A stretch of DNA of 64,000 bases from Gemmatimonadota bacterium (lineage in GTDB: Bacteria > Gemmatimonadota > Gemmatimonadetes > Palauibacterales > Palauibacteraceae). Of the stretch, positions 54,628-63,968 are shown piece after piece (positions within the stretch are counted from its first letter, which is position 1; each line of letters opens with the position of its first letter). The DNA is taken from contig JBDHBD010000001.1 of assembly GCA_039587755.1 (NCBI GenBank), positions 199,947-263,946 of the forward strand, in the 5' to 3' direction. A program made the translations under genes and the position numbers. The notes below the pieces were generated by a model that was given only the letters and a program-made list of their open reading frames with translations, ran no database searches and was not told where the DNA came from.

Positions 54628-55629
54628 TTGAACTACCGAAAAGCTCTCGTACTGATCGTGGTCCTCGGCGCCGCGGCGCTGCAGGCATGCGGCGGCGACT
54701 ACCCGCAATCCGCCCTTCATCCCGAGTCCGACTTCGCCAGCCGTCTGGACGGGCTGTTCCGCGGCATCTTCTGGTGGGCCGTCGGCGTGTTCGTCGTCGT
54801 CGAGGGAATCCTCATCGTCACGCTCTTCCGCTACCGTGAGAAACGGCGCAAGGAACGCCCCAAACCGATCCACGGACATACGGGACTCGAGATCGGCTGG
54901 ACGCTTGCCCCTGCGCTCATCCTCGTGGCGATCGCCATCCCGACCGTGCGCACGATCTTCGTGGTTGATCGACCGCCGCCGGAAGCGGACCTGACAGTCG
55001 AGGTGATCGGCAGGCAATGGTGGTGGGAATTCCGCATTCCCGATCTGGACGTCGTAACGGCAAACGAGGTGTACGTGCCGGTCGGTCGCACCGTGGAGTT
55101 TCGAGTGCGTTCGGCCGACGTGCTTCACTCTTTCTGGGTGCCGCGTCTGGGTGGAAAGCGCGATCTGGTGCCGGGAAGAGAGAACATGTTGTGGTTCACC
55201 ACCGATTCGGCCGGCGTATTCTGGGGACAGTGTGCCGAGTACTGCGGCACCTCGCACGCTCTGATGAGCTTCCGGATCATCGCGGCTCAGGAGGCCGACT
55301 TCGAGGGCTGGGTCGCCCGCATGCAGGAGCCGGCGGTCGCGCCGCAGGAACGGCTGGCGCGCCTTGGGGCAGGTGTGTTCATGAGCAACGCCTGTGTGGG
55401 TTGCCACCGAATCGAGGGGACGCCCGCGCAGGGGATCGTGGGGCCGGACCTCACACACGTCGGCAGCCGGACGACGATCGCCGCTGGCGTGCTCGAAAAT
55501 ACCCCCGAGAATCTGGCGCGATGGATTGTCAATCCACAGGAGGTCAAACCAGATAATTATATGCCCAATATGGCGTTAACGGATGCGCAAGTGGAGCAGC
55601 TCGTCGCCTACCTGCTGAGCTTGGAGTGA
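54628..55629 (+). CDS. ctaC: Cytochrome c oxidase subunit II with C-terminal cytochrome c domain (caa3-type)
   Basis: CuA site (HSFWVP...CAEYCGTSHALM), C-terminal CxxCH (CVGCH) and a lipobox-like LQAC. TTG start. Confidence 0.9.
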   Translation: MNYRKALVLIVVLGAAALQACGGDYPQSALHPESDFASRLDGLFRGIFWWAVGVFVVVEGILIVTLFRYREKRRKERPKPIHGHTGLEIGWTLAPALILVAIAIPTVRTIFVVDRPPPEADLTVEVIGRQWWWEFRIPDLDVVTANEVYVPVGRTVEFRVRSADVLHSFWVPRLGGKRDLVPGRENMLWFTTDSAGVFWGQCAEYCGTSHALMSFRIIAAQEADFEGWVARMQEPAVAPQERLARLGAGVFMSNACVGCHRIEGTPAQGIVGPDLTHVGSRTTIAAGVLENTPENLARWIVNPQEVKPDNYMPNMALTDAQVEQLVAYLLSLE

Positions 55630-55642
55630 AGCGGAGACCGTG

Positions 55643-57511
55643 ATGGCGACGAGTGAAGCGGCGTTGGGTCGGGTGGGCCCCGCGGCAGCCGAGGCCGAGC
55701 ACGAAGGAACGTATTCTGGCGGCCTGTGGAGCTGGCTGACCACCGTCGATCACAAACGGATCGGCATCCTCTATTTTGTGACGGGCTTCCTGTTTCTGCT
55801 GGTGGCCGGCATCGAGGGCGAGCTGATCCGGTTGCAGCTTGCGCGGCCCGAGAGCCGGCTCCTCGACCCCGAGTTCTACAACCAGCTGTTCACGATGCAC
55901 GGCACGACCATGGTGTTCTTCGCGGGAATGCCGCTCATCGTAGCCGCGTTCAATATCGTGGTGCCGCTGCAAATCGGCGCCCGCGACGTCGCCTTCCCGC
56001 GGCTCAACGCGTTCAGCTACTGGGTCTTCCTGTTTGCCGGCCTGTTTCTATACGCCAGCTTCTTCTTCGGCGGGGCTCCGGATGGTGGGTGGTTCGCGTA
56101 TACGCCGCTGACGTCGAAGCAGTATTCACCGGGCACCGGGATCGACTTCTACGTTCTCGCCCTGCTGCTCGGCGGAATCGGGACCATTGCCAGTGGTGTG
56201 AACTTCCTGGTCACGATCATCAACATGCGGGCGCCCGGCGTGCGGCTCATGCGGATGCCGCTTTTCACGTGGATGACCCTGGTGACCTCCGCGCTGATTC
56301 TACTTGCCTTTCCGCCACTCACCGTGGGCCTCGTGTTCATGCTGTTCGACCGGATGTTCGGCACACTGTTCTACAACGCGGCGGCGGGTGCGGACCCACT
56401 GTTGTGGCAACACCTGTTCTGGGTGTTCGGTCACCCCGAGGTGTACATCCTGATCCTGCCGGCCTTCGGGATCGTGTCGGATGTCATCCCCACGTTCTCG
56501 AAAAAACCGCTGTTCGGGTATCCGGTGGTCGTGTTCTCCGGGGTGCTCATCGCGTTCCTGGGATTTGGCGTGTGGGTGCACCACATGTTCGCCACCGGCC
56601 TCGGCCCGATCGTGAACGCGGTGTTCGGTGGGGCCACGATGCTGATCGCGATTCCGACCGGGGTGAAGATCTTCAACTGGATCGCCACGATGTGGGGCGG
56701 CTCGTTGCGCTTCCACCCGGCGATGCTGTTCGCGGTGGGGTTGGTGGCCACCTTCGTGGTCGGCGGGATCAGCGGCGTGATGCACTCCTCACCCCCGGCC
56801 GATCTGCAGCAGACTGACACCTACTTCGTGGTGGCCCACTTTCACTACGTGCTCATCGGCGGCACCGTCTTCGGCCTGTTCGCAGGCTTCTATTACTGGT
56901 TCTCAAAAGTCACGGGTCGGCTTCTGCACGAGGGGCTGGGCAAGTGGCACTTCTGGCTCACGTTCCTCGCCCTCAACGTGACCTTCTTCCCGATGCACTT
57001 CTCGGGTCTTCTAGGGCAGCCACGGCGCACGTTCACGTATGCCGAGGGGCTCGGACTGGAGACGTACAACCTGATCTCCACGATCGGCGCGCTCATCTTT
57101 ATCATCGCCTTCGTACCGCTCGTCGCGAACCTGGTGTACGCCTGGCGGCGAGGTCATCCGGCGGGTGCGAACCCATGGGATGCCGCGACGCTGGAGTGGA
57201 CGATGAGCTCGCCGCCTCCGCACTACAACTTCGCGGTCATCCCCGAGGTAGAGGCGCGAGATCCCCTGTGGGTGCGGTACGAGCGCGAGACCTCACCGGG
57301 TGAGGAGGTCGGGGCGCGTCCGATGTTGCAGCCCGAGCATCCACCGGCGCCCGTCCACATGCCGTCGCCATCCTTCTGGCCACTCGTAATGTCCGTGGGG
57401 CTGCTGATCGCCACGATCGGATTCCTGACCGGATTGGCCGTGAGCTTGATCGGTGCCGCGGTCACCTTGATCGGCCTGTTCGGTTGGGCCTTCGAGCCGC
57501 CGGAGCACTGA
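55643..57511 (+). CDS. ctaD: Cytochrome c oxidase subunit I
   Basis: Canonical heme-copper oxidase subunit I (WFFGHPEVYILILP and His ligands); 623 aa with a ~60-aa C-terminal extension and extra TM helices. Confidence 0.95.
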   Translation: MATSEAALGRVGPAAAEAEHEGTYSGGLWSWLTTVDHKRIGILYFVTGFLFLLVAGIEGELIRLQLARPESRLLDPEFYNQLFTMHGTTMVFFAGMPLIVAAFNIVVPLQIGARDVAFPRLNAFSYWVFLFAGLFLYASFFFGGAPDGGWFAYTPLTSKQYSPGTGIDFYVLALLLGGIGTIASGVNFLVTIINMRAPGVRLMRMPLFTWMTLVTSALILLAFPPLTVGLVFMLFDRMFGTLFYNAAAGADPLLWQHLFWVFGHPEVYILILPAFGIVSDVIPTFSKKPLFGYPVVVFSGVLIAFLGFGVWVHHMFATGLGPIVNAVFGGATMLIAIPTGVKIFNWIATMWGGSLRFHPAMLFAVGLVATFVVGGISGVMHSSPPADLQQTDTYFVVAHFHYVLIGGTVFGLFAGFYYWFSKVTGRLLHEGLGKWHFWLTFLALNVTFFPMHFSGLLGQPRRTFTYAEGLGLETYNLISTIGALIFIIAFVPLVANLVYAWRRGHPAGANPWDAATLEWTMSSPPPHYNFAVIPEVEARDPLWVRYERETSPGEEVGARPMLQPEHPPAPVHMPSPSFWPLVMSVGLLIATIGFLTGLAVSLIGAAVTLIGLFGWAFEPPEH

Positions 57512-57522
57512 GGGAGGGCGCC

Positions 57523-58092
57523 GTGGACATACCGACCGCGACCGGGATTCCGAACCGCAAGCTCGCCATGTGGACCTTCATCGGGTCCGAGTGCATGCTG
57601 TTCGGATCGCTGATCGCCACCTACCTGATCTACAAAGGCCGCAGCCTGGCAGGCCCGTATCCGGAAGAGCTGCTCAACATTCCGTTCATCACGGTAACAA
57701 CGTTCGTGCTCCTGATGAGCAGCCTCATGATGGTTCTCGCCCTGTCGGCGGTACAGCGGGGCGACCGCCGGATGGCGAAGGTGTGGTTGTTCATGACGCC
57801 GCTCTTCGGTCTCATCTTCCTGACCGGCCAGTACATCGAGTTCAGCCACTTCGTGCACGAAGGCCTCGGTCTCAGCCGAAATCTCTTCTCCTCGACGTTC
57901 TTCGTCCTCACAGGCACGCACGGCGCTCACGTGGCGGGTGGAGTGCTGTGGCTCGGCACGCTGTGGAGCCTGGCGATGACCGGTCGATTGAGCGAGAAGA
58001 ACACGGTCAGCGTGGAGATCGCCGGTCTGTATTGGCACTTCGTCGACGTCGTGTGGATCGTGCTGTTCACGATCATCTACCTGCTGCAGTAG
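57523..58092 (+). CDS. ctaE: Cytochrome c oxidase subunit III
   Basis: N-terminus TATGIPNRKLAMWTFIGSECMLFG is typical of CoxIII; five-TM topology. GTG start at 57523. Confidence 0.85.
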   Translation: MDIPTATGIPNRKLAMWTFIGSECMLFGSLIATYLIYKGRSLAGPYPEELLNIPFITVTTFVLLMSSLMMVLALSAVQRGDRRMAKVWLFMTPLFGLIFLTGQYIEFSHFVHEGLGLSRNLFSSTFFVLTGTHGAHVAGGVLWLGTLWSLAMTGRLSEKNTVSVEIAGLYWHFVDVVWIVLFTIIYLLQ

Positions 58093-58109
58093 ACCGGGAG
58101 CCAGGAGCC

Positions 58110-58409
58110 ATGGCGGAGACACACCATGTCGAAGAGGTCCACGTCAGCAGCCGAACCTACGTGGCGGTCGCCGCGGTCCTCGCCGTCCTCACCGCGATCG
58201 AGGTCATGGTCTTCTACGTGGAGGCGCTCAGCGCCGTCGTCCTGCCCATCCTCATCGTGCTGATGGTGGCGAAGTTCGCGCTCGTGGCCATGTTCTTCAT
58301 GCATCTTAAGTTCGACAGCCCGATCCTAACCGGCATCTTCGTGTGGGGTCTCACCGTGGCCGTCCTCATCATCGTGGCGCTGCTGGCCATATTCGGCGCC
58401 CTCATCTAG
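58110..58409 (+). CDS. ctaF: Cytochrome c oxidase subunit IV (CtaF-like, caa3 type)
   Basis: 99-aa protein with three TM helices immediately after ctaE, the Bacillus/Thermus-type arrangement. Confidence 0.6.
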   Translation: MAETHHVEEVHVSSRTYVAVAAVLAVLTAIEVMVFYVEALSAVVLPILIVLMVAKFALVAMFFMHLKFDSPILTGIFVWGLTVAVLIIVALLAIFGALI

Positions 58410-58416
58410 GGCTCAC

Positions 58417-60594
58417 GTGAACGTGACGGACGAACTCGGTCGTAAGGTGCTGGAGTTCCACGTCGAGGGCATGAATTGTCCCGACTGCGTCCGCCGCGTG
58501 CGGGACCGACTGGCCAGCGTGGATGGCGTCTTCGCCGCGGAGGGGAGTCCCGTAGCACGCCGTCTCACGGTGACGGTCGATGAAACGCGTGTCGATCGTG
58601 CGCGCATCGGACGCGAGCTCGGGAAGATTGGTTTCGTGGCCCGGGAGGAAGCTGCGGCGGACGCTCCCTCACGAATCTGGTCTACCCCACACGCTGTTCG
58701 CACCTACGTGTCTGCGGTGCTGTTCGGTCTCGCGCTGCTTCTCGAGCTGGTCGGTGTGGGCGCGGCTCCTGTGCAGATCCCACCCGTCGGTGTTCCGTGG
58801 ACCGACCTCCTGTTTGTGACCGCCGCGCTCGTCGGAGGCTGGAACTTCATCCCCGCCGGCCTCCGCGCCGTCGTGGCACGACGGCTCGACATGAACTTCC
58901 TCATGACGGTCGCGATCTTGGGTGCGATCGGGATCGGGGAGTTCCTGGAAGCCGGGGCGATCGCCTTTCTGTTCTCGGTTGCTGAACTCCTCGAAGGTTA
59001 CGCCGTCGAGCGCGCCCGACACTCCATCCACGCGCTCATGCAGCTGTCGCCCGACCGCGCGAGGCTTCTGAAAGGCGGTGAAGAGGTCGTGGTTGCCGCA
59101 GACGAGCTGCACCGGGGCGACCTCGTTGTCGTACGCGGTGGAGACAAGATCCCGGCCGACGGCACCGTGCTCGATGGGGGTGCCGCCGTGGACGAGTCGA
59201 CGATCACGGGGGAATCGATCCCCGCGGACCGGACCCCGGGCGACGAAGTGTTCGCGGGCACGATCTGCGCCGGCGGTTACCTGAAGATCCATGTGACACG
59301 CGTGGCGGGTGAGACCACGCTGGCGGAGATCGTCCGAATCGTCGAGGAGGCCGAATCGCGTCGTTCCCACACGGAGCGGTTCGTGGAGCGCTTTGCTAGG
59401 TACTATACGCCGTCCGTGACCGTGGCCGCCGTGCTGGTCGTCGCTATCCCCACGCTGGCGTTCGGTGGCGCATTCACCACCTGGTTCGTGCGCGGCCTCA
59501 CCCTGCTCGTGATCGCGTGTCCGTGCGCTCTCGTCATCTCGACGCCCGTTGCGGTAGTCAGCGGCATCACGGCGGCGGCCAGGCATGGTGTGCTCATCAA
59601 GGGTGGGCAATTCCTGGAGGCGATGGGTGGAGTCGCCTCGGTCGCTTTCGACAAGACGGGGACGCTGACCCATGGGCACCCCGAAGTGACGGAGGTGATC
59701 GCGCTCCGGGGCACCCAAGACGAAGTGCTCTCGCTAGCGGCCGCCGTGGAAAACCGTGCGGAGCACCCGATCGCACGGGCGATCGTCCGAGCCGCGGAAG
59801 AGCGAGGCCTGTCGGTGACGGACCGAGTGGTCCGTGGGTTCGAGTCCCAACTGGGGAGCGGGGTCTGGGCACAGGTCGACGGGGTGGAGATCCGGGTCGG
59901 ATCCGAAGATCTGTTCGAGGACGGCGCACCGCGAGACCGTCTCGCGGCGCTGCACAGGTCCGGCAGGACTGCCGTGCTGGTGGGGCCGGCGGCCGCACCG
60001 GTGGGCGTCGTGGCGGTTGCCGATCGTCCTCGAGAAGCGGCCCCGGAGGCGATTCGCGCGCTACGGTTAGCGGGAGTACATACAGTGATGCTGACAGGCG
60101 ACCACCGCGAGACGGCGAACGCGATCGCAGCCGAGCTGGGCATCGACGAGGTCTATGCCGGATTGAAGCCGGCGGACAAAGTGGACGCCGTGCAGCGGCT
60201 GGAGGCCGAGCACGGGCACGTCGCCATGGTTGGAGACGGGGTCAATGACGGACCGGCCCTCTCGGTCGCGAGTGTGGGGATCGCCATGGGAGCAGCGGGG
60301 AGCGACGTAGCCCTGGAGACCGCCGATGTCGCTCTGATGTCGGACGATCTGTCGCGACTGCCTTATCTGCACGCCCTCTCACGTACGGGCCGTCGCGTCA
60401 TCCGCCAGAACATTATCGCATCGCTCGTCGCCAAGTTCGCCCTCGCGATTGGCGTCCCCTTCGGCGTCGTCTCTCTGGTCGCGGCGGTTCTGATCGGAGA
60501 CATGGGCGCTTCGCTGGCCGTGACGACCAACGCGCTGCGGCTCGCTCGAGTGCGACCCCCGCCTCACCGAGCCGAGGCAGAGGACAGAGCGTAG
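58417..60594 (+). CDS. Heavy-metal translocating P1B-type ATPase (Zn/Cd/Pb-type)
   Basis: N-terminal HMA domain GMNCPDC, TM CPC motif (IACPCALVIS), DKTGT phosphorylation site, and GDGVNDGPAL hinge. Confidence 0.9.
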   Translation: MNVTDELGRKVLEFHVEGMNCPDCVRRVRDRLASVDGVFAAEGSPVARRLTVTVDETRVDRARIGRELGKIGFVAREEAAADAPSRIWSTPHAVRTYVSAVLFGLALLLELVGVGAAPVQIPPVGVPWTDLLFVTAALVGGWNFIPAGLRAVVARRLDMNFLMTVAILGAIGIGEFLEAGAIAFLFSVAELLEGYAVERARHSIHALMQLSPDRARLLKGGEEVVVAADELHRGDLVVVRGGDKIPADGTVLDGGAAVDESTITGESIPADRTPGDEVFAGTICAGGYLKIHVTRVAGETTLAEIVRIVEEAESRRSHTERFVERFARYYTPSVTVAAVLVVAIPTLAFGGAFTTWFVRGLTLLVIACPCALVISTPVAVVSGITAAARHGVLIKGGQFLEAMGGVASVAFDKTGTLTHGHPEVTEVIALRGTQDEVLSLAAAVENRAEHPIARAIVRAAEERGLSVTDRVVRGFESQLGSGVWAQVDGVEIRVGSEDLFEDGAPRDRLAALHRSGRTAVLVGPAAAPVGVVAVADRPREAAPEAIRALRLAGVHTVMLTGDHRETANAIAAELGIDEVYAGLKPADKVDAVQRLEAEHGHVAMVGDGVNDGPALSVASVGIAMGAAGSDVALETADVALMSDDLSRLPYLHALSRTGRRVIRQNIIASLVAKFALAIGVPFGVVSLVAAVLIGDMGASLAVTTNALRLARVRPPPHRAEAEDRA

Positions 60595-61406
60595 AGGAAC
60601 AGGTTGACCCCCATGCGGAGCGCCTGCTCTCGCACCTCCGGCGGGTCGCCATGCACCGCGGGATCCTCCCAGCCGTCGCCCAGATCGCTCTGATAGCTGT
60701 AGAAGACGGCGAGTCGTCCGTCCAGGAAGATCCCCAAACCCTGCGCTGGCAGACCGTCGTGTTCGTGGATCTTTGGCAGCCCTTCCGGAAAGTCGTACAG
60801 GAGGTGGTAAACGGGGTGGTCGGTCGGCACGTCCACCAGGTCGCGGTCCGGGAAGAGCCGCTTCACCTCACGTCGAAAAGACTCGTCCAGACCGTAGTTG
60901 TCATCCGCGTGGAGGAAACCACCGGCCTGCAGATGCCCGCGCAGGCTGCGAAGCTCGACCTCGCTGAGACGGATGTCCCCGTGTCCGGTGAGGTACAGGT
61001 AGGGGTAGTCGCTCAGCTCCGGGTCCGACAGACGGACCTCTACGGGGCGCGCACCGACCTGCACCGCCGTACGCTCCCGCAGGGCCTCGAGTAGATTTGG
61101 GAGGCTGGACGGATTTGCGTACCAGTCGCCCCCGCCCTCGTAGCGCACGCGCGCGACCGTCGGGGCAGCTGCCGCATCCGTGGTCTGCGCGTCGCGTGCG
61201 AACAGAGCGGGGCACCCCTCGGCCAGCACCGCGCCGGCCACGCCGGCCGAGGCTGCCACAAGCAGGGCCTGGGGAAACCAGTTCCCGCGGCGCTGCCGGA
61301 CGCGACAGTGGGGGCAGTGACGCGAATGGTCCGGAATGTGAGTCTCGCAATACCTACAGGGCTTCAATCCGCCCTCCCGTGTCATGCGCGCGAACCATCG
61401 TCGCAC
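60564..61406 (-). CDS. DUF4159-like (ThuA-like / class-I GATase-fold) protein with N-terminal zinc ribbon and TM helix
   Basis: N-terminal C-x2-C-x9-C-x2-C (CRYCETHIPDHSRHCPHC), one TM helix, then a domain with YPYLYLTGHG...LRGHLQAGGFLHADDNYG as I recall for DUF4159. Convergent with the ATPase gene, overlapping it by 31 bp. Confidence 0.55.
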   Translation of the reverse strand: MRRWFARMTREGGLKPCRYCETHIPDHSRHCPHCRVRQRRGNWFPQALLVAASAGVAGAVLAEGCPALFARDAQTTDAAAAPTVARVRYEGGGDWYANPSSLPNLLEALRERTAVQVGARPVEVRLSDPELSDYPYLYLTGHGDIRLSEVELRSLRGHLQAGGFLHADDNYGLDESFRREVKRLFPDRDLVDVPTDHPVYHLLYDFPEGLPKIHEHDGLPAQGLGIFLDGRLAVFYSYQSDLGDGWEDPAVHGDPPEVREQALRMGVNLFLYALSSASAR

Positions 61407-61522
61407 ACCTACTCATATCAATCTAGACAGACGGTGGTTCTCTCGCTCGCTGTATCCGACTGAGGATCGTAGGATGGTCCAGGCCTAGATTACGTGACGC
61501 CGGAAAAGGTACAGGGAGAAGC

Positions 61523-62677
61523 GTGAAACGGTACCGGGCTTTCGATCCGCCCGAATACGTCGCCTGGGAACCGGCCGAAGACCTGCTGAGGGAGTATCGC
61601 CAGCGCGTGACGGCCGATCCCGCCCGCCGGGCCGAGATCGACGCGCTCGGCGTCTCCGGATTGCTGGACATGTATCGAGGCCTGCTCCGGTTTCGCCTGC
61701 ACGATATCGCACTGCAGCGTTGGGTGAAGCAGGGCGTCATCTCGAAGGCTTGGCTCGGCACGGGCGAGGAGGCAGTCACGGTGGGCGCCGTTCACGCCCT
61801 GGAGCGCGGTGGCGCCGAGGGCGACGTGGTAGGTCCGATGATCCGGAATGCTGGCGCGTGCCACGAAATGGGCATGTTGGTGGCCGACATGCTGCGAGGG
61901 TATCTGGCGACCGCCGACTCCCCGACCGGCGGACGGGATCTCCATGTCGGAAGCCTCGCATACGGAGTCGTCACGCCGATCAGCATGGTGGCGTCGCTCG
62001 CGACCGTGATCAACGGCTACGCACTCGCCTTCAAGATGCGCGGCCAGCCGCGGTGCGCCCTCACGTGGATCGGCGACGGCGCGACGAAACACGGCGAGGC
62101 ACACGAGGCGTTGAACTTCGCGGCGGTGATGCGACTGCCAGTCATCTTCGTGCTTCAGAACAACCAGGTAGCGCTCGGCACCCGCCTGGATCAGCATCAC
62201 GTTGCCAAGGACTTTGCCGGCTGGGGAGACGCTTACGGCGTGGAGCTGCTCACGGTCGACGGGAACCACGTGCTGGACGTCTACGCGGCGACACGGCTCG
62301 CGGCCTCCCGCTGTCGAGCCAGTGAGGGGCCCATGCTCATCCAGGCCACCACGTTTCGCATGGGCGGGCATGCGACGCACGATGTGCGGGAAGCGCGGCG
62401 GACCTTCGACGTAGAGCTGTTCGAGCACTGGGGGAGACGCGACCCCATCGGTTTGTTCGAAGAGTATCTGGCACGCTCGAATCACGAGCTTGGCCGGGGC
62501 GGGCAGGGGAATCGTGAGGGGCGCAATCGCGCTAAGCTGGCGGCGGTCGAGGAGGAGGTGACGGCGGAGGTAGAGGCCGCGGCGGAAGAAGCGCTAAACA
62601 GCCAGGGGGAAAGAATGCCCGACGGGCGGTCCGCGGGCGAAGGCGTATACGCGGAGGAGGGAGCGTCGAATCGGTGA
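61523..62677 (+). CDS. Thiamine-diphosphate-dependent 2-oxoacid dehydrogenase E1 component alpha subunit
   Basis: TPP-binding motif (WIGDGATKHGEAHEALNFAAVMRLPVIFVLQNN). GTG start. Confidence 0.82.
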   Translation: MKRYRAFDPPEYVAWEPAEDLLREYRQRVTADPARRAEIDALGVSGLLDMYRGLLRFRLHDIALQRWVKQGVISKAWLGTGEEAVTVGAVHALERGGAEGDVVGPMIRNAGACHEMGMLVADMLRGYLATADSPTGGRDLHVGSLAYGVVTPISMVASLATVINGYALAFKMRGQPRCALTWIGDGATKHGEAHEALNFAAVMRLPVIFVLQNNQVALGTRLDQHHVAKDFAGWGDAYGVELLTVDGNHVLDVYAATRLAASRCRASEGPMLIQATTFRMGGHATHDVREARRTFDVELFEHWGRRDPIGLFEEYLARSNHELGRGGQGNREGRNRAKLAAVEEEVTAEVEAAAEEALNSQGERMPDGRSAGEGVYAEEGASNR

Positions 62678-63147
62678 GCGAGATACAGGAACGTCACACG
62701 CGCGAGGTGGAACACAGTGGCGTCCGCTGGCGTGCGGTGGAGGCCTGGCGAGGTCGAAGCGGTCACGCCCTCTGCTACTTGCTACGGCTCGAGAACGACG
62801 ACGCCATGGCCGACGACCGACAGGATCGGCGAGCCACGCTGGAGCCGGGAGAAGAGCTTCAGGCGCTGGACGATCATCGCCTGGACGCCCTTTTTGAGAC
62901 CGCGACGGCTCTGACCGAAACGGAACGCCGCATTCTGGATGCCGCCGGTGCACCATGGCTGGCCCAGGCTTCGGGTCCCGTATGGGCAGAAGGCGGTGCG
63001 GCTGCCGGCCTGGCCGGCGTCGTCTTCACCCGACTGCAGGGCCCGTTTCAGCGGCTAACGGTACAGGACGATCGCGCGCCAGCTGCTCCGCCGGAGCGAT
63101 TGCTCGTCCTTCTCGAGCGGGCACGGACAGCGGCCGAGATCGATTGA
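62674..63147 (+). CDS. Hypothetical protein
   Basis: 157-aa ORF between E1-alpha and the DsbA-like gene, with no recognisable motif. GTG start overlapping the E1-alpha stop. Confidence 0.35.
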   Translation: MSEIQERHTREVEHSGVRWRAVEAWRGRSGHALCYLLRLENDDAMADDRQDRRATLEPGEELQALDDHRLDALFETATALTETERRILDAAGAPWLAQASGPVWAEGGAAAGLAGVVFTRLQGPFQRLTVQDDRAPAAPPERLLVLLERARTAAEID

Positions 63148-63148
63148 G

Positions 63149-63697
63149 GTGACTCGCGACCGACCGTCGGAAGTTACCGTCTTTGTTTACTACGACTACC
63201 TCTGTCCGCACTCCTATCTCGTTCTTCAGCGTCTCGACACGCTGAAGAAGGAGCGCCCGCTCATCACTTTCTGGCGACCCTTCTTGCTCGAGGTGGCTCC
63301 GAGTGCCGCAGCGGAGAGCTCGCGCGCGACGTTGGGTGACGAACGCAGCTCGCGGGACGCTTCGCTGGCGGCACAGTTCGCTCGCGACCTGGGCCGAAGC
63401 GCCTTCGACAGGTTTCACGTTCGACTCTTCGAGGCCGTTCACCTGGAATCCCGCGATATCAGCCGGCGTGGGGTGGTGCTCGCGCTGGCGGCTGAATGCG
63501 GACTGGACACCTCAGCTCTGGAAAGGTCGCTGGATGACGGCCGGTATGATGAAGAACTGAAGCTCGCCCGAGCCGAGGCCGAGCGTTACGGGATCGGCGC
63601 CACACCCACGCTGCTGTTCGGTCGGCTCAAGCTGATCGGCGCGGCCCCGATCGACGAGTTGCGGCGTGTAGCCGAGCTCGCTGCGACCGAAATCTGA
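63149..63697 (+). CDS. DsbA/FrnE-like thioredoxin-fold protein with CPHS (single-Cys) active site
   Basis: FVYYDYLCPHSY at the position of the DsbA CxxC motif; C-terminal GIGATPTLLFG (cis-Pro loop region). Confidence 0.65.
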   Translation: MTRDRPSEVTVFVYYDYLCPHSYLVLQRLDTLKKERPLITFWRPFLLEVAPSAAAESSRATLGDERSSRDASLAAQFARDLGRSAFDRFHVRLFEAVHLESRDISRRGVVLALAAECGLDTSALERSLDDGRYDEELKLARAEAERYGIGATPTLLFGRLKLIGAAPIDELRRVAELAATEI

Positions 63698-63698
63698 G

Positions 63699-63968
63699 TC
63701 AGCTCGAGCGGTGCGACGGTTCCAGCACCTCGGTCACCAGAAGCGAGAGCTGGCCGCGGGCGACCTCGAGAAGTCCGGGAAGAGTCTCGCCGTCCACCGG
63801 ATAGCCGGCGAGACCGATTCGACCGGCGGAGCCCCACGCCCCACCTCCCTCCAGCGTCTCGATGATCCGTCCGGCGACCAGGCGTGCGTCGGAGATCGCG
63901 GCCTCCGACAGACCGATCGCGAACGTGCGATCTACGTGTCGTCCGGCAAGATCCGACTCGCGGACCAC
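63699..63968 (-). CDS. C-terminal fragment of an unidentified protein (5' end beyond window)
   Basis: Open frame entering from the window end and stopping near 63699. Possibly a cyclase/regulatory C-terminus; not identifiable. Confidence 0.25.
   Translation of the reverse strand: MVRESDLAGRHVDRTFAIGLSEAAISDARLVAGRIIETLEGGGAWGSAGRIGLAGYPVDGETLPGLLEVARGQLSLLVTEVLEPSHRSS

Noticed and set aside
58417-61406. Functional link between the Zn/Cd P-type ATPase and the convergent zinc-ribbon DUF4159-like gene
   Set aside because: Convergent overlap alone is not evidence of co-function, and the zinc ribbon is a common structural module. Kept only as a remark inside the DUF4159 finding.
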